Shown: in pieces, positions 18,133 to 27,284 of the stretch | How the letters are laid out: the number at the start of each line of letters is the position of its first letter | Position numbering within the stretch: position 1 is the stretch's first letter | Assembly: GCA_024405635.1 (NCBI GenBank) | Contig: JAKSOL010000002.1 | Span: 32,001 to 96,000 of the forward strand | Direction: 5' to 3' | Source: Salinivirgaceae bacterium | Lineage (GTDB): Bacteria; Bacteroidota; Bacteroidia; Bacteroidales; SZUA-534 | Length of the DNA stretch: 64,000 bases | Made by a program: the position numbers and the translations under genes | The notes under the pieces: model-generated | Database searches by the model: none | Seen by the model: the letters and a program-made list of their open reading frames with translations, nothing else | Told to the model about the DNA's origin: nothing

Positions 18133-19305
18133 TTATTCTTCGGTGTTGTTAAAAATAGGAATGGCATTGTTGCCGTTTATCATCACCGCAATGCGTTTAT
18201 TGTTGTCATAGAAAAATCCAAGTCCGTTGCTAACACCATTGTTCAACATTATAGCCGATTCTATGTTTCCGTTGGTGTTGCGTATTTGCCAAGCGTAGCA
18301 CTCGTGGTCGTTGGCAAAGTATCCGCTTTTCCATAGGTTGCCGTTGTCGTGAAAAAACGACCAATAACCTTGAGCTTTCCCGTTGATGTATTGTCCTCGT
18401 TGTTTTACTTGTCCGTTTGGATAGTAAATGGTCCAATATCCTGAAAGTTTTCCGTTGATAAACTCGCCAGCAGAATGATAACTACCATCGGGGTAAAAAG
18501 CTGTCCATTTACCAGTCTTGCGGTCGTTTAAGTATTCGCCAGTTTCGGCCAAAGATCCGTTGCTAAAATAACTTGAGCTTTTTCCTGAGCGGGCGCCATT
18601 AATGTAAGTCGATTTGAATTTTATGTTGCCATTCTCGTGATACTCAACCATATCGCCGTTTAGTATTCCATTGGTGTAATGGCAAATTCGCAAAGTGTCG
18701 CCGTTTTGATATAAAGCTATAAACTTGCCTTGATAGCCTAATGAGTCGCGAATACCTACGTAGTTTAGTTCGCCCGAGTCGTAATATCGGCGATAAAGAC
18801 CGCACGGCTGGTCGTTCTTAAACATTTGTTCGCACATCAATGAGCCTTTGGTTGCGTAGTATTGCTTCTCTGTTCCACATTTCTTTCCTGCTGAGTATGG
18901 AGTAGCAGTGTGTAGTTTGCCAAATTCGTCGTACTGATAAAGTGTGTCGCAAAGCAAATTGTTGTTAAACGTACCACGCTGAATGTAATAGCCGTTAGCG
19001 TCAAATAGCTCGTACAATCCGTGTCGCATGTTGTTGTTGTATTGGCAGCGAATTTTTAGCTTTTGGTTTGGATAGAAAACAAGCCATTCGCCGCAAATTT
19101 GATTGTTGCAAAACCATCCGGTTTGGTCTAAAACTCCGTTTCGAAAGTATTTGTAACTGCCGTTTTTTATAGTGTCGGCATTTGAAATGTAGCCAACAAA
19201 AATGGTGCTATCGGCTCCGTTAACAATGGTAAATGTGCTACTAGGTTGTGCTGTGGCCTGAAAAACAAGAGCGACCGAAGCTACAATAGCCGCAATTAGT
19301 CTCAT
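18133..19305 (-). CDS. Secreted MORN-variant repeat protein (YwqK-like)
   Basis: Signal peptide ending ATA-Q; more than ten ~23-24 aa units of pattern G.W..YY.NG.L...G.Y.NG. Confidence 0.85.
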   Translation of the reverse strand: MRLIAAIVASVALVFQATAQPSSTFTIVNGADSTIFVGYISNADTIKNGSYKYFRNGVLDQTGWFCNNQICGEWLVFYPNQKLKIRCQYNNNMRHGLYELFDANGYYIQRGTFNNNLLCDTLYQYDEFGKLHTATPYSAGKKCGTEKQYYATKGSLMCEQMFKNDQPCGLYRRYYDSGELNYVGIRDSLGYQGKFIALYQNGDTLRICHYTNGILNGDMVEYHENGNIKFKSTYINGARSGKSSSYFSNGSLAETGEYLNDRKTGKWTAFYPDGSYHSAGEFINGKLSGYWTIYYPNGQVKQRGQYINGKAQGYWSFFHDNGNLWKSGYFANDHECYAWQIRNTNGNIESAIMLNNGVSNGLGFFYDNNKRIAVMINGNNAIPIFNNTEE

Positions 19306-20111
19306 TCGGCTGTAATAATGATTTGAGTGCCTTCAAGATTGTTTTGGCTGCCGCGTGTTCCGTAGTCTAGAATAGCAGCAAGCGAGTAACGTCCTTTTGC
19401 AAGAGGCTTGTTAAATTCAAGCTGAACACGACGCGAAGCGCGAGGGTAAAGTTGGAATGTTGTTGGCTCAATTATGGTTTCTTCTTCGGTTTCAAGGTTT
19501 GTAGCAATCATCGACACTCGGCACTCTGTAATTAGTTCGGTAAGGTTGTTAACCATAGCCGAAAATGTGCGAGTGTTTTGCCCTACTGTTGTGGTTTCGC
19601 TTAAGTTTGAAATGGTAGCTCTGTAGTTTTTGTTGCTTGCTGGGGTTTGTGTTACTGTAATAGCAACGCGTGCGCTAATGTTAACGCCTGCACGAACGCT
19701 TTTGTCGGCATCAAATGCGGTTTGCTCTTGTGCTGTATATACAAACAAAACACCCCATTTTGAACCAAATTCGTTTGTAGGTTGTTGTATGGTTACGGCT
19801 ACTTGTTTTTCTTCTTGTGGTCCAAGTTCAAAAAACGAAGGCGCAATGCTAATCCAATCGGCAACACTATAACGCAAACTGCCCGACTCTATATATTGGC
19901 TGTCTCCATTAGCATCAATGTTCATGTCGCTAAGTTTAAACATAAATGTTTCGGTTTTTCCCGAATGGTTTTTTAGTGTAACAAACTTGGTTTGCGACTC
20001 GCCTGGTTCTGCAGTAAAGTTCAATTTCAATGGCGATACTTCAAAATCTTGTGCCATTGTGTTTAAACATAATAATGTAGATAGAGCTAGGAGTATTTGT
20101 TTAATTTTCAT
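19302..20111 (-). CDS. Secreted PapD/DUF916-like two-Ig-fold protein (pilus-chaperone-like)
   Basis: Signal peptide ending TMA-Q; VSPLKLNF..PGES....VTLKN, SVADWISIAPS..L.P.E...V.VTI and GRYSLAAILDYG. Start at ATG 20111. Confidence 0.65.
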   Translation of the reverse strand: MKIKQILLALSTLLCLNTMAQDFEVSPLKLNFTAEPGESQTKFVTLKNHSGKTETFMFKLSDMNIDANGDSQYIESGSLRYSVADWISIAPSFFELGPQEEKQVAVTIQQPTNEFGSKWGVLFVYTAQEQTAFDADKSVRAGVNISARVAITVTQTPASNKNYRATISNLSETTTVGQNTRTFSAMVNNLTELITECRVSMIATNLETEEETIIEPTTFQLYPRASRRVQLEFNKPLAKGRYSLAAILDYGTRGSQNNLEGTQIIITAE

Positions 20112-20380
20112 AGTGTTAGTTGTCTTATTAATGCGCGGCAAAATACGCAGAAACTTTTGAAAAACTATTTCTGTAAATTCAATTTGTGGAATAGAATTGG
20201 TAAAAAAGTGTCTTTAGCCTTAGCAATAGAGAAAAAAAGCGAACTGTAATAAATAGAAATAAGAAAAATGCGTATTACAAAATGAAATTTATTACTCGTT
20301 TTTACTTTTAAATTGAAAGAAAAATCGAAAATATTTTTAACAAATCATAATTTTTTGCTTGCATATATTACAATGAGCTT

Positions 20381-20388
20381 TATTTTTG
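20381..20388 (+). promoter_or_regulatory. -7 box for asnA
   Basis: TATTTTTG with TTG 19 nt upstream. Confidence 0.6.
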
Positions 20389-20418
20389 CACCGATGAAAA
20401 TCGATAAAAATTAACGTT

Positions 20419-21456
20419 ATGAGCAAATTGAACATTCCTGCTGGATACAAACCAATTTTGGATTTGAAGCAAACCGAACTTGGAATTCAACAAATCAAGA
20501 GTTTTTTTCAGGCAAACCTTTCGGCCGAAATGCGCCTTCGTCGCGTAACCGCACCACTTTTTGTGCTAAAAGGCACAGGTCTTAACGACGATTTGAATGG
20601 CATTGAGCGCCCTGTTTCGTTCCCAATTAAAGATCTTGGCGACAAAACCGCCGAAGTGGTTCACTCGTTGGCTAAATGGAAACGTATGATTTTGGCCGAC
20701 TATGGCATCGAAAGTGGTTATGGAATTTATACCGATATGAACGCTATCCGTTCCGATGAAGAGCTGGATAACTTGCACTCGCTTTATGTTGACCAATGGG
20801 ATTGGGAAATGCACATTGAGGCTGCCGACCGCACCATTCCTTTCTTGAAAAAAGTGGTTGAACGCATTTATCGCGTTATGCGTCGCACCGAGTATGTGGT
20901 TTACGAAATGTTCCCTTCAATTAAACCAGAATTGCCTGAGGATATTCATTTTGTATATGCCGAAGATTTGCTAAAAATGTATCCAAATATGACCACCAAA
21001 GAGCGCGAAAACGAGATTACTAAAAAGTATGGCGCTGTGTTTATTATGGGCATTGGTGGCAAACTTAGCAATGGCGAACCTCACGATGGCCGCGCACCTG
21101 ACTATGACGACTGGACAACCGAAACTGGCGATGGCCATTTGGGTTTAAATGGCGATATCTTGGTTTGGAACTCTGTTCTTGATCAAGCTCTTGAATTGTC
21201 GTCAATGGGTATTCGTGTTGATAAAACAGCATTGCTAAAACAACTTGAAATTACTGGACAAAATGCCCGCAAGGAATTGTATTTCCACCAACGTTTACTA
21301 AACGACACCTTGCCTCTTTCAATTGGAGGCGGTATAGGTCAATCGCGCTTGTGCATGTTCTTCCTTCGCAAAGCTCACATTGGCGAAATTCAATCAAGCA
21401 TCTGGCCCGACGATATGCGCAAAACTTGTGCTGAGAACAACATTCCGCTCATATAA
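20419..21456 (+). CDS. asnA: Aspartate--ammonia ligase
   Basis: VVHSLAKWKR, YVDQWDWE, HDGRAPDYDDW and GGGIGQSR motifs. Confidence 0.97.
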   Translation: MSKLNIPAGYKPILDLKQTELGIQQIKSFFQANLSAEMRLRRVTAPLFVLKGTGLNDDLNGIERPVSFPIKDLGDKTAEVVHSLAKWKRMILADYGIESGYGIYTDMNAIRSDEELDNLHSLYVDQWDWEMHIEAADRTIPFLKKVVERIYRVMRRTEYVVYEMFPSIKPELPEDIHFVYAEDLLKMYPNMTTKERENEITKKYGAVFIMGIGGKLSNGEPHDGRAPDYDDWTTETGDGHLGLNGDILVWNSVLDQALELSSMGIRVDKTALLKQLEITGQNARKELYFHQRLLNDTLPLSIGGGIGQSRLCMFFLRKAHIGEIQSSIWPDDMRKTCAENNIPLI

Positions 21457-21479
21457 TTTACTTGATACACGTTTTTTCC

Positions 21480-21516
21480 AAAATCCCGATGCCGAAAGGT
21501 GTTCGGGATTTTTTTT
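21480..21516 (+). terminator. Intrinsic terminator after asnA (possibly bidirectional)
   Basis: AAAATCCCGA...GAAA loop...TCGGGATTTT plus T-run. Confidence 0.85.
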
Positions 21517-21538
21517 GGATGAACGATAAAAGAGAGAC

Positions 21539-22156
21539 TTATTCTCTTTTCTCCTTTTTAGGAAACCAACCTTTTTTTACGCGCTCGGCTTGTTCAAAAA
21601 TTTCGCCAATGCCCCAAAGGTAAGTAAACCCGTGAATGCCGCATACAACGGACAATACAGTGTTGCTGATAAGTATCGACGCAACTATTGATGCAATGCC
21701 TATGAATAGAAAACCAATCCAAAATATTTTTCCAAAATGATACTCGGCTTTGATGCAAACGTATCGCGCGATAGATATAATGGCAAATGTGGCGGCACCA
21801 ACAATTAGTCCGTCAAAACACAACCCTTGCACCGAAAAGGTTGGGGTAACAAATGCAATAAAGTTGGTGTATGTGCGATTTGGGTTTCGTTTAGCGCGGC
21901 CAAGTAAAACTCGCTCGTGTTGGAGAATCATTTCGTGAGCGCTCCAAAAAAGGCTAAATCCAATGGAGCCAACAATCATCGATGCAATACTATTGCGTAA
22001 AAACAACGATAGTGCGGCAAATGCAAGTCCCAAAGCAAAGAAAACCCACCATTTCTGCTTGCCCCAATAATATTCTGCTTTAATAACCAAAGGGTGGCAA
22101 ATACCAATAATTAAAAAAGAAATTAGTCCGATAATTAAGCCATTGTAGTTTGTCAT
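21539..22156 (-). CDS. Membrane protein with two tandem DUF4491-like domains
   Basis: Two copies of GL.IG...F.II.I....IKAEY..GK..W..F...G......E...Q.ERV..G. Confidence 0.85.
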   Translation of the reverse strand: MTNYNGLIIGLISFLIIGICHPLVIKAEYYWGKQKWWVFFALGLAFAALSLFLRNSIASMIVGSIGFSLFWSAHEMILQHERVLLGRAKRNPNRTYTNFIAFVTPTFSVQGLCFDGLIVGAATFAIISIARYVCIKAEYHFGKIFWIGFLFIGIASIVASILISNTVLSVVCGIHGFTYLWGIGEIFEQAERVKKGWFPKKEKRE

Positions 22157-22362
22157 TGTTAGCAGAATTATATGCGAAATGAGTAGTTAAAAACGTTGGC
22201 AAACGTACCAAAAAAGCTTGCAGATGAACAAGGTTTGCAGTTTTTTTCGTGCCCAAACCATTTGTGATACAAACTATCTGACAATGTTTGTTTTGGCTTG
22301 TAATCGTTGATAAAAACGGCAAAGTGTTAATAAACACAACCTTAAAAACACCCCTATTTGGC

Positions 22363-22370
22363 TAAATTTG
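22363..22370 (+). promoter_or_regulatory. -7 box for parE-parC
   Basis: TAAATTTG, 23 nt before the parE ATG. Confidence 0.6.
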
Positions 22371-22393
22371 CCCATTAAACTATTCACTTCAAT

Positions 22394-24313
22394 ATGGCAG
22401 ACGAAAATCAAAAAGTAGCTTATACCGACGACAGTATACGCAATTTGTCCGACCGCGACCATGTGCGCTTGCGCCCTGGTATGTATATTGGTAAACTTGG
22501 TAATGGATCGCATTCCGACGATGGCATATACGTGCTCATAAAAGAGGCAATAGACAACTCTATTGACGAGTTCCGCATGGGTGAGGGCAACATTATTAAT
22601 GTTACCGTTCGCGATGGAAAGGTTACCGTTCGCGACTTTGGTCGTGGTATTCCTCAAGGTCAGAATAAAGACGGCGACGACGTTATGGTTATTGCGGTTT
22701 CAAAACTGAACTCTGGCGCCAAATACGACAACAAAACTTTCAAAAAATCGGTTGGTTTGAATGGCGTCGGTCTTAAAGCTGTAAACTTTTTGTCGTGGAA
22801 ATTTGCCATACAATCGTGGCGTGATGGAAAAACTCGTCGTGTCGATTTTAAGCAAGGCGAGTTAGTGTCCGACTCGGGCATCTGCGACATTACCGACAAC
22901 TCGGCACGTGGAACACTAATTGAATTTGAGCCCGATTATAGCCGTGGAATCTTTGAGAACTATGCTTTTCGCGAAGATTACATTGAGCCAATGCTCCGCA
23001 ACTTTGTTTACCTAAACACAGGTTTAACTATAAATTTCAACGGTCGCAAGTACCACTCAAAAAACGGTTTGCTTGATCTTTTAACCGAAAATCTATCAAC
23101 AGAACCGTTGTATCCTATTATCCACCTTAAAGGCGACGATATTGAAATGGTGCTTACTCACACCAACCAAAACGGCGAGGAGTACTATTCGTTTGTTAAC
23201 GGACAACACACCATTCAAGGTGGTACGCATCAGGCTGCATATCGCGAGGCTATTGGCAAAACCATAAAAGAGTTCTTTAATAAGAACATGGAGTTGGCCG
23301 ATATTCGAAACGGCGTGGCTGGTGCCATTGCAATTAACGTTGAGGACCCAGTGTTCGAAAGTCAAACAAAAGTAAAACTTGGGTCGTTGCGCATGGCCAA
23401 CAACGATGATGCCATTAGCGTCAACAAATTTGTGGTTGATTTTGTTAAACAGAAACTCGACGATTTTCTGCACAAAAATCAGCCGATTGTTGATGTGCTG
23501 CTGAAAAAAATACAAGAGTCGGAGCGCGAACGTAAGGAGATTGAAGGTGTTCGCAAAGTGGCAAAAGCCAAGGTTAAAGCTGTGAGTTTGCACAACCGCA
23601 AGTTGCGCGACTGCCGTTACCATTTTAACGATGCACGTAGCGCCAAAGACGAAGAAAAAAATGCTCTAATCGACGCTTCAAGCATATTCCTTACCGAGGG
23701 TGATTCGGCTAGCGGTTCAATTACCAAAAGTCGCGACGTAAACACTCAAGCTGTTTTCAGCCTTCGTGGTAAACCGCTCAACTGCTTTGGAATGAGCAAA
23801 AAAGTGGTGTACGAAAACGATGAGTTTAACCTTTTGCAAGCCGCACTCAACATTGAGGAGGACATGGAAAACCTGCGCTACAACAAGGTTATTATTGCAA
23901 CCGATGCCGATGTTGACGGAATGCACATTCGCTTGCTGCTAATGACATTCTTCTTGCAATTTTTCCCCGAACTTGTACATCAAGGACACGTATTCATTTT
24001 GCAAACTCCGCTGTTCCGTGTGCGCAACAAAAAACAAACGGTTTACTGCTACAGCGAGGCCGAACGCGATGCTGCTGCCGAACAATTGGGCGCAAAATCA
24101 GAAATAACCCGATTCAAAGGTCTTGGCGAAATTTCGCCCGACGAGTTTAAAAACTTCATCGGAAAAGACATTCGTCTCGATCCTGTTGAAATGCGCGGCG
24201 AAAGCGTTCAGCAACTTTTGAGCTACTTTATGGGCAAAAATACTCCCGAACGTCAGTCGTTTATTATTGACAACCTGCGCATTGAGGAGGATTTGGTTGA
24301 AGAAGAAAAGTAG
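22394..24313 (+). CDS. parE: DNA topoisomerase IV subunit B
   Basis: [45 protein letters not shown] and RFKGLGE motifs; paired with parC. Confidence 0.95.
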   Translation: MADENQKVAYTDDSIRNLSDRDHVRLRPGMYIGKLGNGSHSDDGIYVLIKEAIDNSIDEFRMGEGNIINVTVRDGKVTVRDFGRGIPQGQNKDGDDVMVIAVSKLNSGAKYDNKTFKKSVGLNGVGLKAVNFLSWKFAIQSWRDGKTRRVDFKQGELVSDSGICDITDNSARGTLIEFEPDYSRGIFENYAFREDYIEPMLRNFVYLNTGLTINFNGRKYHSKNGLLDLLTENLSTEPLYPIIHLKGDDIEMVLTHTNQNGEEYYSFVNGQHTIQGGTHQAAYREAIGKTIKEFFNKNMELADIRNGVAGAIAINVEDPVFESQTKVKLGSLRMANNDDAISVNKFVVDFVKQKLDDFLHKNQPIVDVLLKKIQESERERKEIEGVRKVAKAKVKAVSLHNRKLRDCRYHFNDARSAKDEEKNALIDASSIFLTEGDSASGSITKSRDVNTQAVFSLRGKPLNCFGMSKKVVYENDEFNLLQAALNIEEDMENLRYNKVIIATDADVDGMHIRLLLMTFFLQFFPELVHQGHVFILQTPLFRVRNKKQTVYCYSEAERDAAAEQLGAKSEITRFKGLGEISPDEFKNFIGKDIRLDPVEMRGESVQQLLSYFMGKNTPERQSFIIDNLRIEEDLVEEEK

Positions 24314-24360
24314 AACTTGTGATCTTGATTATCGAATAACGAAAAACGAATAACCAAAAT

Positions 24361-27072
24361 ATGTCAGACGAACTAAACGAACAACTTGACGAGAACCTAA
24401 ACGAGTTGGACTCATCGGCTTCGCAAGACGAGCAACCGCAACCAACCGAACATTACGACATGTTGCGAATTGATAGCATTTCGGGAATGTACAAAAACTG
24501 GTTTCTCGACTATGCATCGTACGTTATTCTTGAGCGTGCAGTGCCGTATCTTGAAGACGGTTTGAAACCCGTACAACGCCGTGTGCTTCACACAATGAAA
24601 AAACTTGACGATGGCAGGTTTAACAAAGTGGCAAACGTTGTTGGTGCTACCATGCAGTTTCACCCTCATGGCGATGCCGGTATTTATGACGCTCTTGTCG
24701 GTTTGGGCCAAAAAGAACTATTGATTGATACGCAAGGAAACTGGGGTAACATTTTTACTGGCGATGGCGCTGCAGCTGGACGTTACATCGAGGCTCGCTT
24801 GTCAAAGTTTGCACAAGATGTGGTGTTTAGTCCCAAAATAACCCAATGGCAATTGAGTTACGATGGTCGCAACCAAGAACCAGTGCGCTTGCCAATAAAA
24901 TTCCCATTGCTGTTGGCGCAAGGTGTTGAGGGCATTGCCGTTGGTTTGGCTTCAAAAATATTGCCGCACAACTTTATTGAACTTTGCGATGCCAGCATCA
25001 GTTGCCTCAAAAACGAACCTTTTGAACTTTATCCCGATTTTCCAACCGGAGGCTTGGTCGATGTGTCGCGATACAACGATGGCTTGCGCGGTGGGGCGGT
25101 TCGTGTTCGTGTTCGAATTGATAAATCGGCCGACAACAAAGTGCTAACCATTCATGATGTGCCTTACGGAAAAAGTTCGGGCGATTTGATTGAAACCATT
25201 TTGAAAGCCAACGACAAAGGCAAAATCAAAATAAAACACGTTGACGACAACACAGCTAGCGAGGTCGAGATTAAAATTTACCTACAAGCAGGCGTGTCGC
25301 CCGACAAAACCATTGATGCGCTTTATGCATTTACCGATTGCGAATTGTCAATATCGCCAAACGCTTGTGTGATTGAAAACGACAAACCTCGCTTTATGGG
25401 TGTGAGCGAAATGTTGCGCTTTTCAACCGCCCACACAATGGAACTGCTTAGGCAAGAGTTACTTGTGCGACTTGATGAGCTTGAAACCGATTGGAACTTC
25501 TCAAGTCTTGAGCGCATCTTTATCGAAGAACGCATTTATAAAGACAAAGAATACGAAAACGGCGAAAACTACGAAGTGGTTATTAAACACATTCGTAAAC
25601 GCCTTAAACCTTACGAGGAAAAATTTATTCGCCCTGTTACCGACGACGATATTCGCAAGTTGTTTGAGATTCGCATGCGCCGTATTCTTAAATTCTCATC
25701 AGATGAGGCCGATGCCCATTTGCGCGACTTGGAGGAAGAAATGGCCGAGGTTAAAAATCACCTTGAACATTTGGTTGACTATACTATCAATCACTTCCGC
25801 CAGATTAAAAAGAAATATGGAGCTGGCCGCGAGCGCAAAACCGAAATCCGCAACTTTGAGAATATTGAAGTTACAAAAGTTGCCGAGGCTAATGCTAAAC
25901 TATATGCCAACTTTGAAGAGGGTTTTATTGGCACGGGCTTGAAAAAAGACCAATATGTGTGCGACTGCTCCGACCTCGACGACATTATTGTGTTCCACCA
26001 AGACGGAAAATACTCGGTGGTTAAAGTATCGGAAAAACAGTTTGTGGGCAAAGATATTATTCACGTTGCTGTGTTCCGCAAAAACGACGAACGCACCATT
26101 TACAATGTGGTTTATCGCGACGGAAAAATTGGTAGCGCTTACATGAAACGTTTTTCGGTTACTGGCGTTACTCGCGAAAAAACCTACGATGTTACTCAAG
26201 GTCGTGAGGGTTCTAAAATATTGTATTTCAGTGCAAACCCTAACGGCGAGGCCGAAACAATAAAGGTTTATTTAAAACCAAAACCAGGACTGAAAAAACT
26301 GGTTTACGAACTCGATTTTAGCACCTTGCTCATCAAAGGTCGCCAAAGCCAAGGCAACGTACTTGCTCGCAACCAAGTGCATCGCATTGTGATGAAAGAA
26401 GCTGGAGTATCAACTTTGGGAGGACTAAAAATCTGGTTCGACGATGTTGTTAATCGCCTTAACACTAGTGAGCACGGCCGCTACTTGGGCGAGTTTAAGG
26501 GCAACGACAAAATTCTTGTCATCACCACCGATGGCAACTATCAACTCACGTCGTTCGATCTTACAAACCACTATCCCGAAAACGTGTTGCGCATCGAAAA
26601 ATATGTTCCTCACACCATATACAGCGCTGTGTTCTATTACGATACCGTTAACGACAAAAAAGAAAAACAACGCATGTATTACCTCAAACGCTTTGAGGTT
26701 GAAGACACTAACAAGGTTGTAAACTTTATGCTCGACGACGAACAATGCACTTTGGTTCTTGTAAGCACACACACCTATCCGCAATTGCAGATTAACTTTG
26801 GTGGCAAACACAAAGACCGCCCTGCCGAAATGGTTGATGTGTCCGAATTTATTGCAGTTAAGGGCGTGAAAGCTAAAGGAAAACGACTCACAACCTTTGA
26901 GGTAAAGAGCATTGTTGAGGTTGACCCAATTAAAGACGATGAACCTATTTTGCCCGATGACCCAACTTCCGACCCCGAAGACGATGGCGGCGAAGGTCCC
27001 GATTTACCCGATGGTAGCGACATTCCGATAGTGTTGCCAAACGGTCCCGGCGAGCAAATGAGTTTATTCTAA
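24361..27072 (+). CDS. parC: DNA topoisomerase IV subunit A
   Basis: DGLKPVQRR, HPHGD, catalytic AAGRY and PDFPTGG motifs; Bacteroidota ParC-type C-terminal domain. Confidence 0.95.
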   Translation: MSDELNEQLDENLNELDSSASQDEQPQPTEHYDMLRIDSISGMYKNWFLDYASYVILERAVPYLEDGLKPVQRRVLHTMKKLDDGRFNKVANVVGATMQFHPHGDAGIYDALVGLGQKELLIDTQGNWGNIFTGDGAAAGRYIEARLSKFAQDVVFSPKITQWQLSYDGRNQEPVRLPIKFPLLLAQGVEGIAVGLASKILPHNFIELCDASISCLKNEPFELYPDFPTGGLVDVSRYNDGLRGGAVRVRVRIDKSADNKVLTIHDVPYGKSSGDLIETILKANDKGKIKIKHVDDNTASEVEIKIYLQAGVSPDKTIDALYAFTDCELSISPNACVIENDKPRFMGVSEMLRFSTAHTMELLRQELLVRLDELETDWNFSSLERIFIEERIYKDKEYENGENYEVVIKHIRKRLKPYEEKFIRPVTDDDIRKLFEIRMRRILKFSSDEADAHLRDLEEEMAEVKNHLEHLVDYTINHFRQIKKKYGAGRERKTEIRNFENIEVTKVAEANAKLYANFEEGFIGTGLKKDQYVCDCSDLDDIIVFHQDGKYSVVKVSEKQFVGKDIIHVAVFRKNDERTIYNVVYRDGKIGSAYMKRFSVTGVTREKTYDVTQGREGSKILYFSANPNGEAETIKVYLKPKPGLKKLVYELDFSTLLIKGRQSQGNVLARNQVHRIVMKEAGVSTLGGLKIWFDDVVNRLNTSEHGRYLGEFKGNDKILVITTDGNYQLTSFDLTNHYPENVLRIEKYVPHTIYSAVFYYDTVNDKKEKQRMYYLKRFEVEDTNKVVNFMLDDEQCTLVLVSTHTYPQLQINFGGKHKDRPAEMVDVSEFIAVKGVKAKGKRLTTFEVKSIVEVDPIKDDEPILPDDPTSDPEDDGGEGPDLPDGSDIPIVLPNGPGEQMSLF

Positions 27073-27096
27073 ACGCCGAATAGTTTTAATACTAAC

Positions 27097-27144
27097 AAAG
27101 CCGCAGTTTGCGCCAAAAGTGCACTCTGCGGCTTTCTTTTTTTT
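27097..27144 (+). terminator. Intrinsic terminator after parC
   Basis: AAAGCCGCAG...CTGCGGCTTT plus T-run. Confidence 0.8.
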
Positions 27145-27223
27145 GATTATAGAGCAAAAGAACAACGGACTATTGGGGTACATTTTTTTTTATTGGACAG
27201 CAATAATTAGAAGTGCAAAAAAC

Positions 27224-27254
27224 AAAAAAGCGCCAGAGTGAAAACTCTGGCGCT
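27224..27254 (-). terminator. Intrinsic terminator after the AspT/YidE transporter
   Basis: AGCGCCAGAGT/ACTCTGGCGCT stem with T6 on the minus strand. Confidence 0.8.
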
Positions 27255-27284
27255 ACTCAAAAACAAACAATTATAAATTCGTTT

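Noticed and set aside
18133-19305. YwqK-like protein as a toxin-antitoxin component
   Set aside because: It has a signal peptide and no toxin neighbour; the label reflects MORN-variant repeats only.
20142-20380. Very AT-rich spacer upstream of asnA as a foreign insert or origin
   Set aside because: Ordinary divergent promoter region; I saw no DnaA-box cluster, repeats or ORF.
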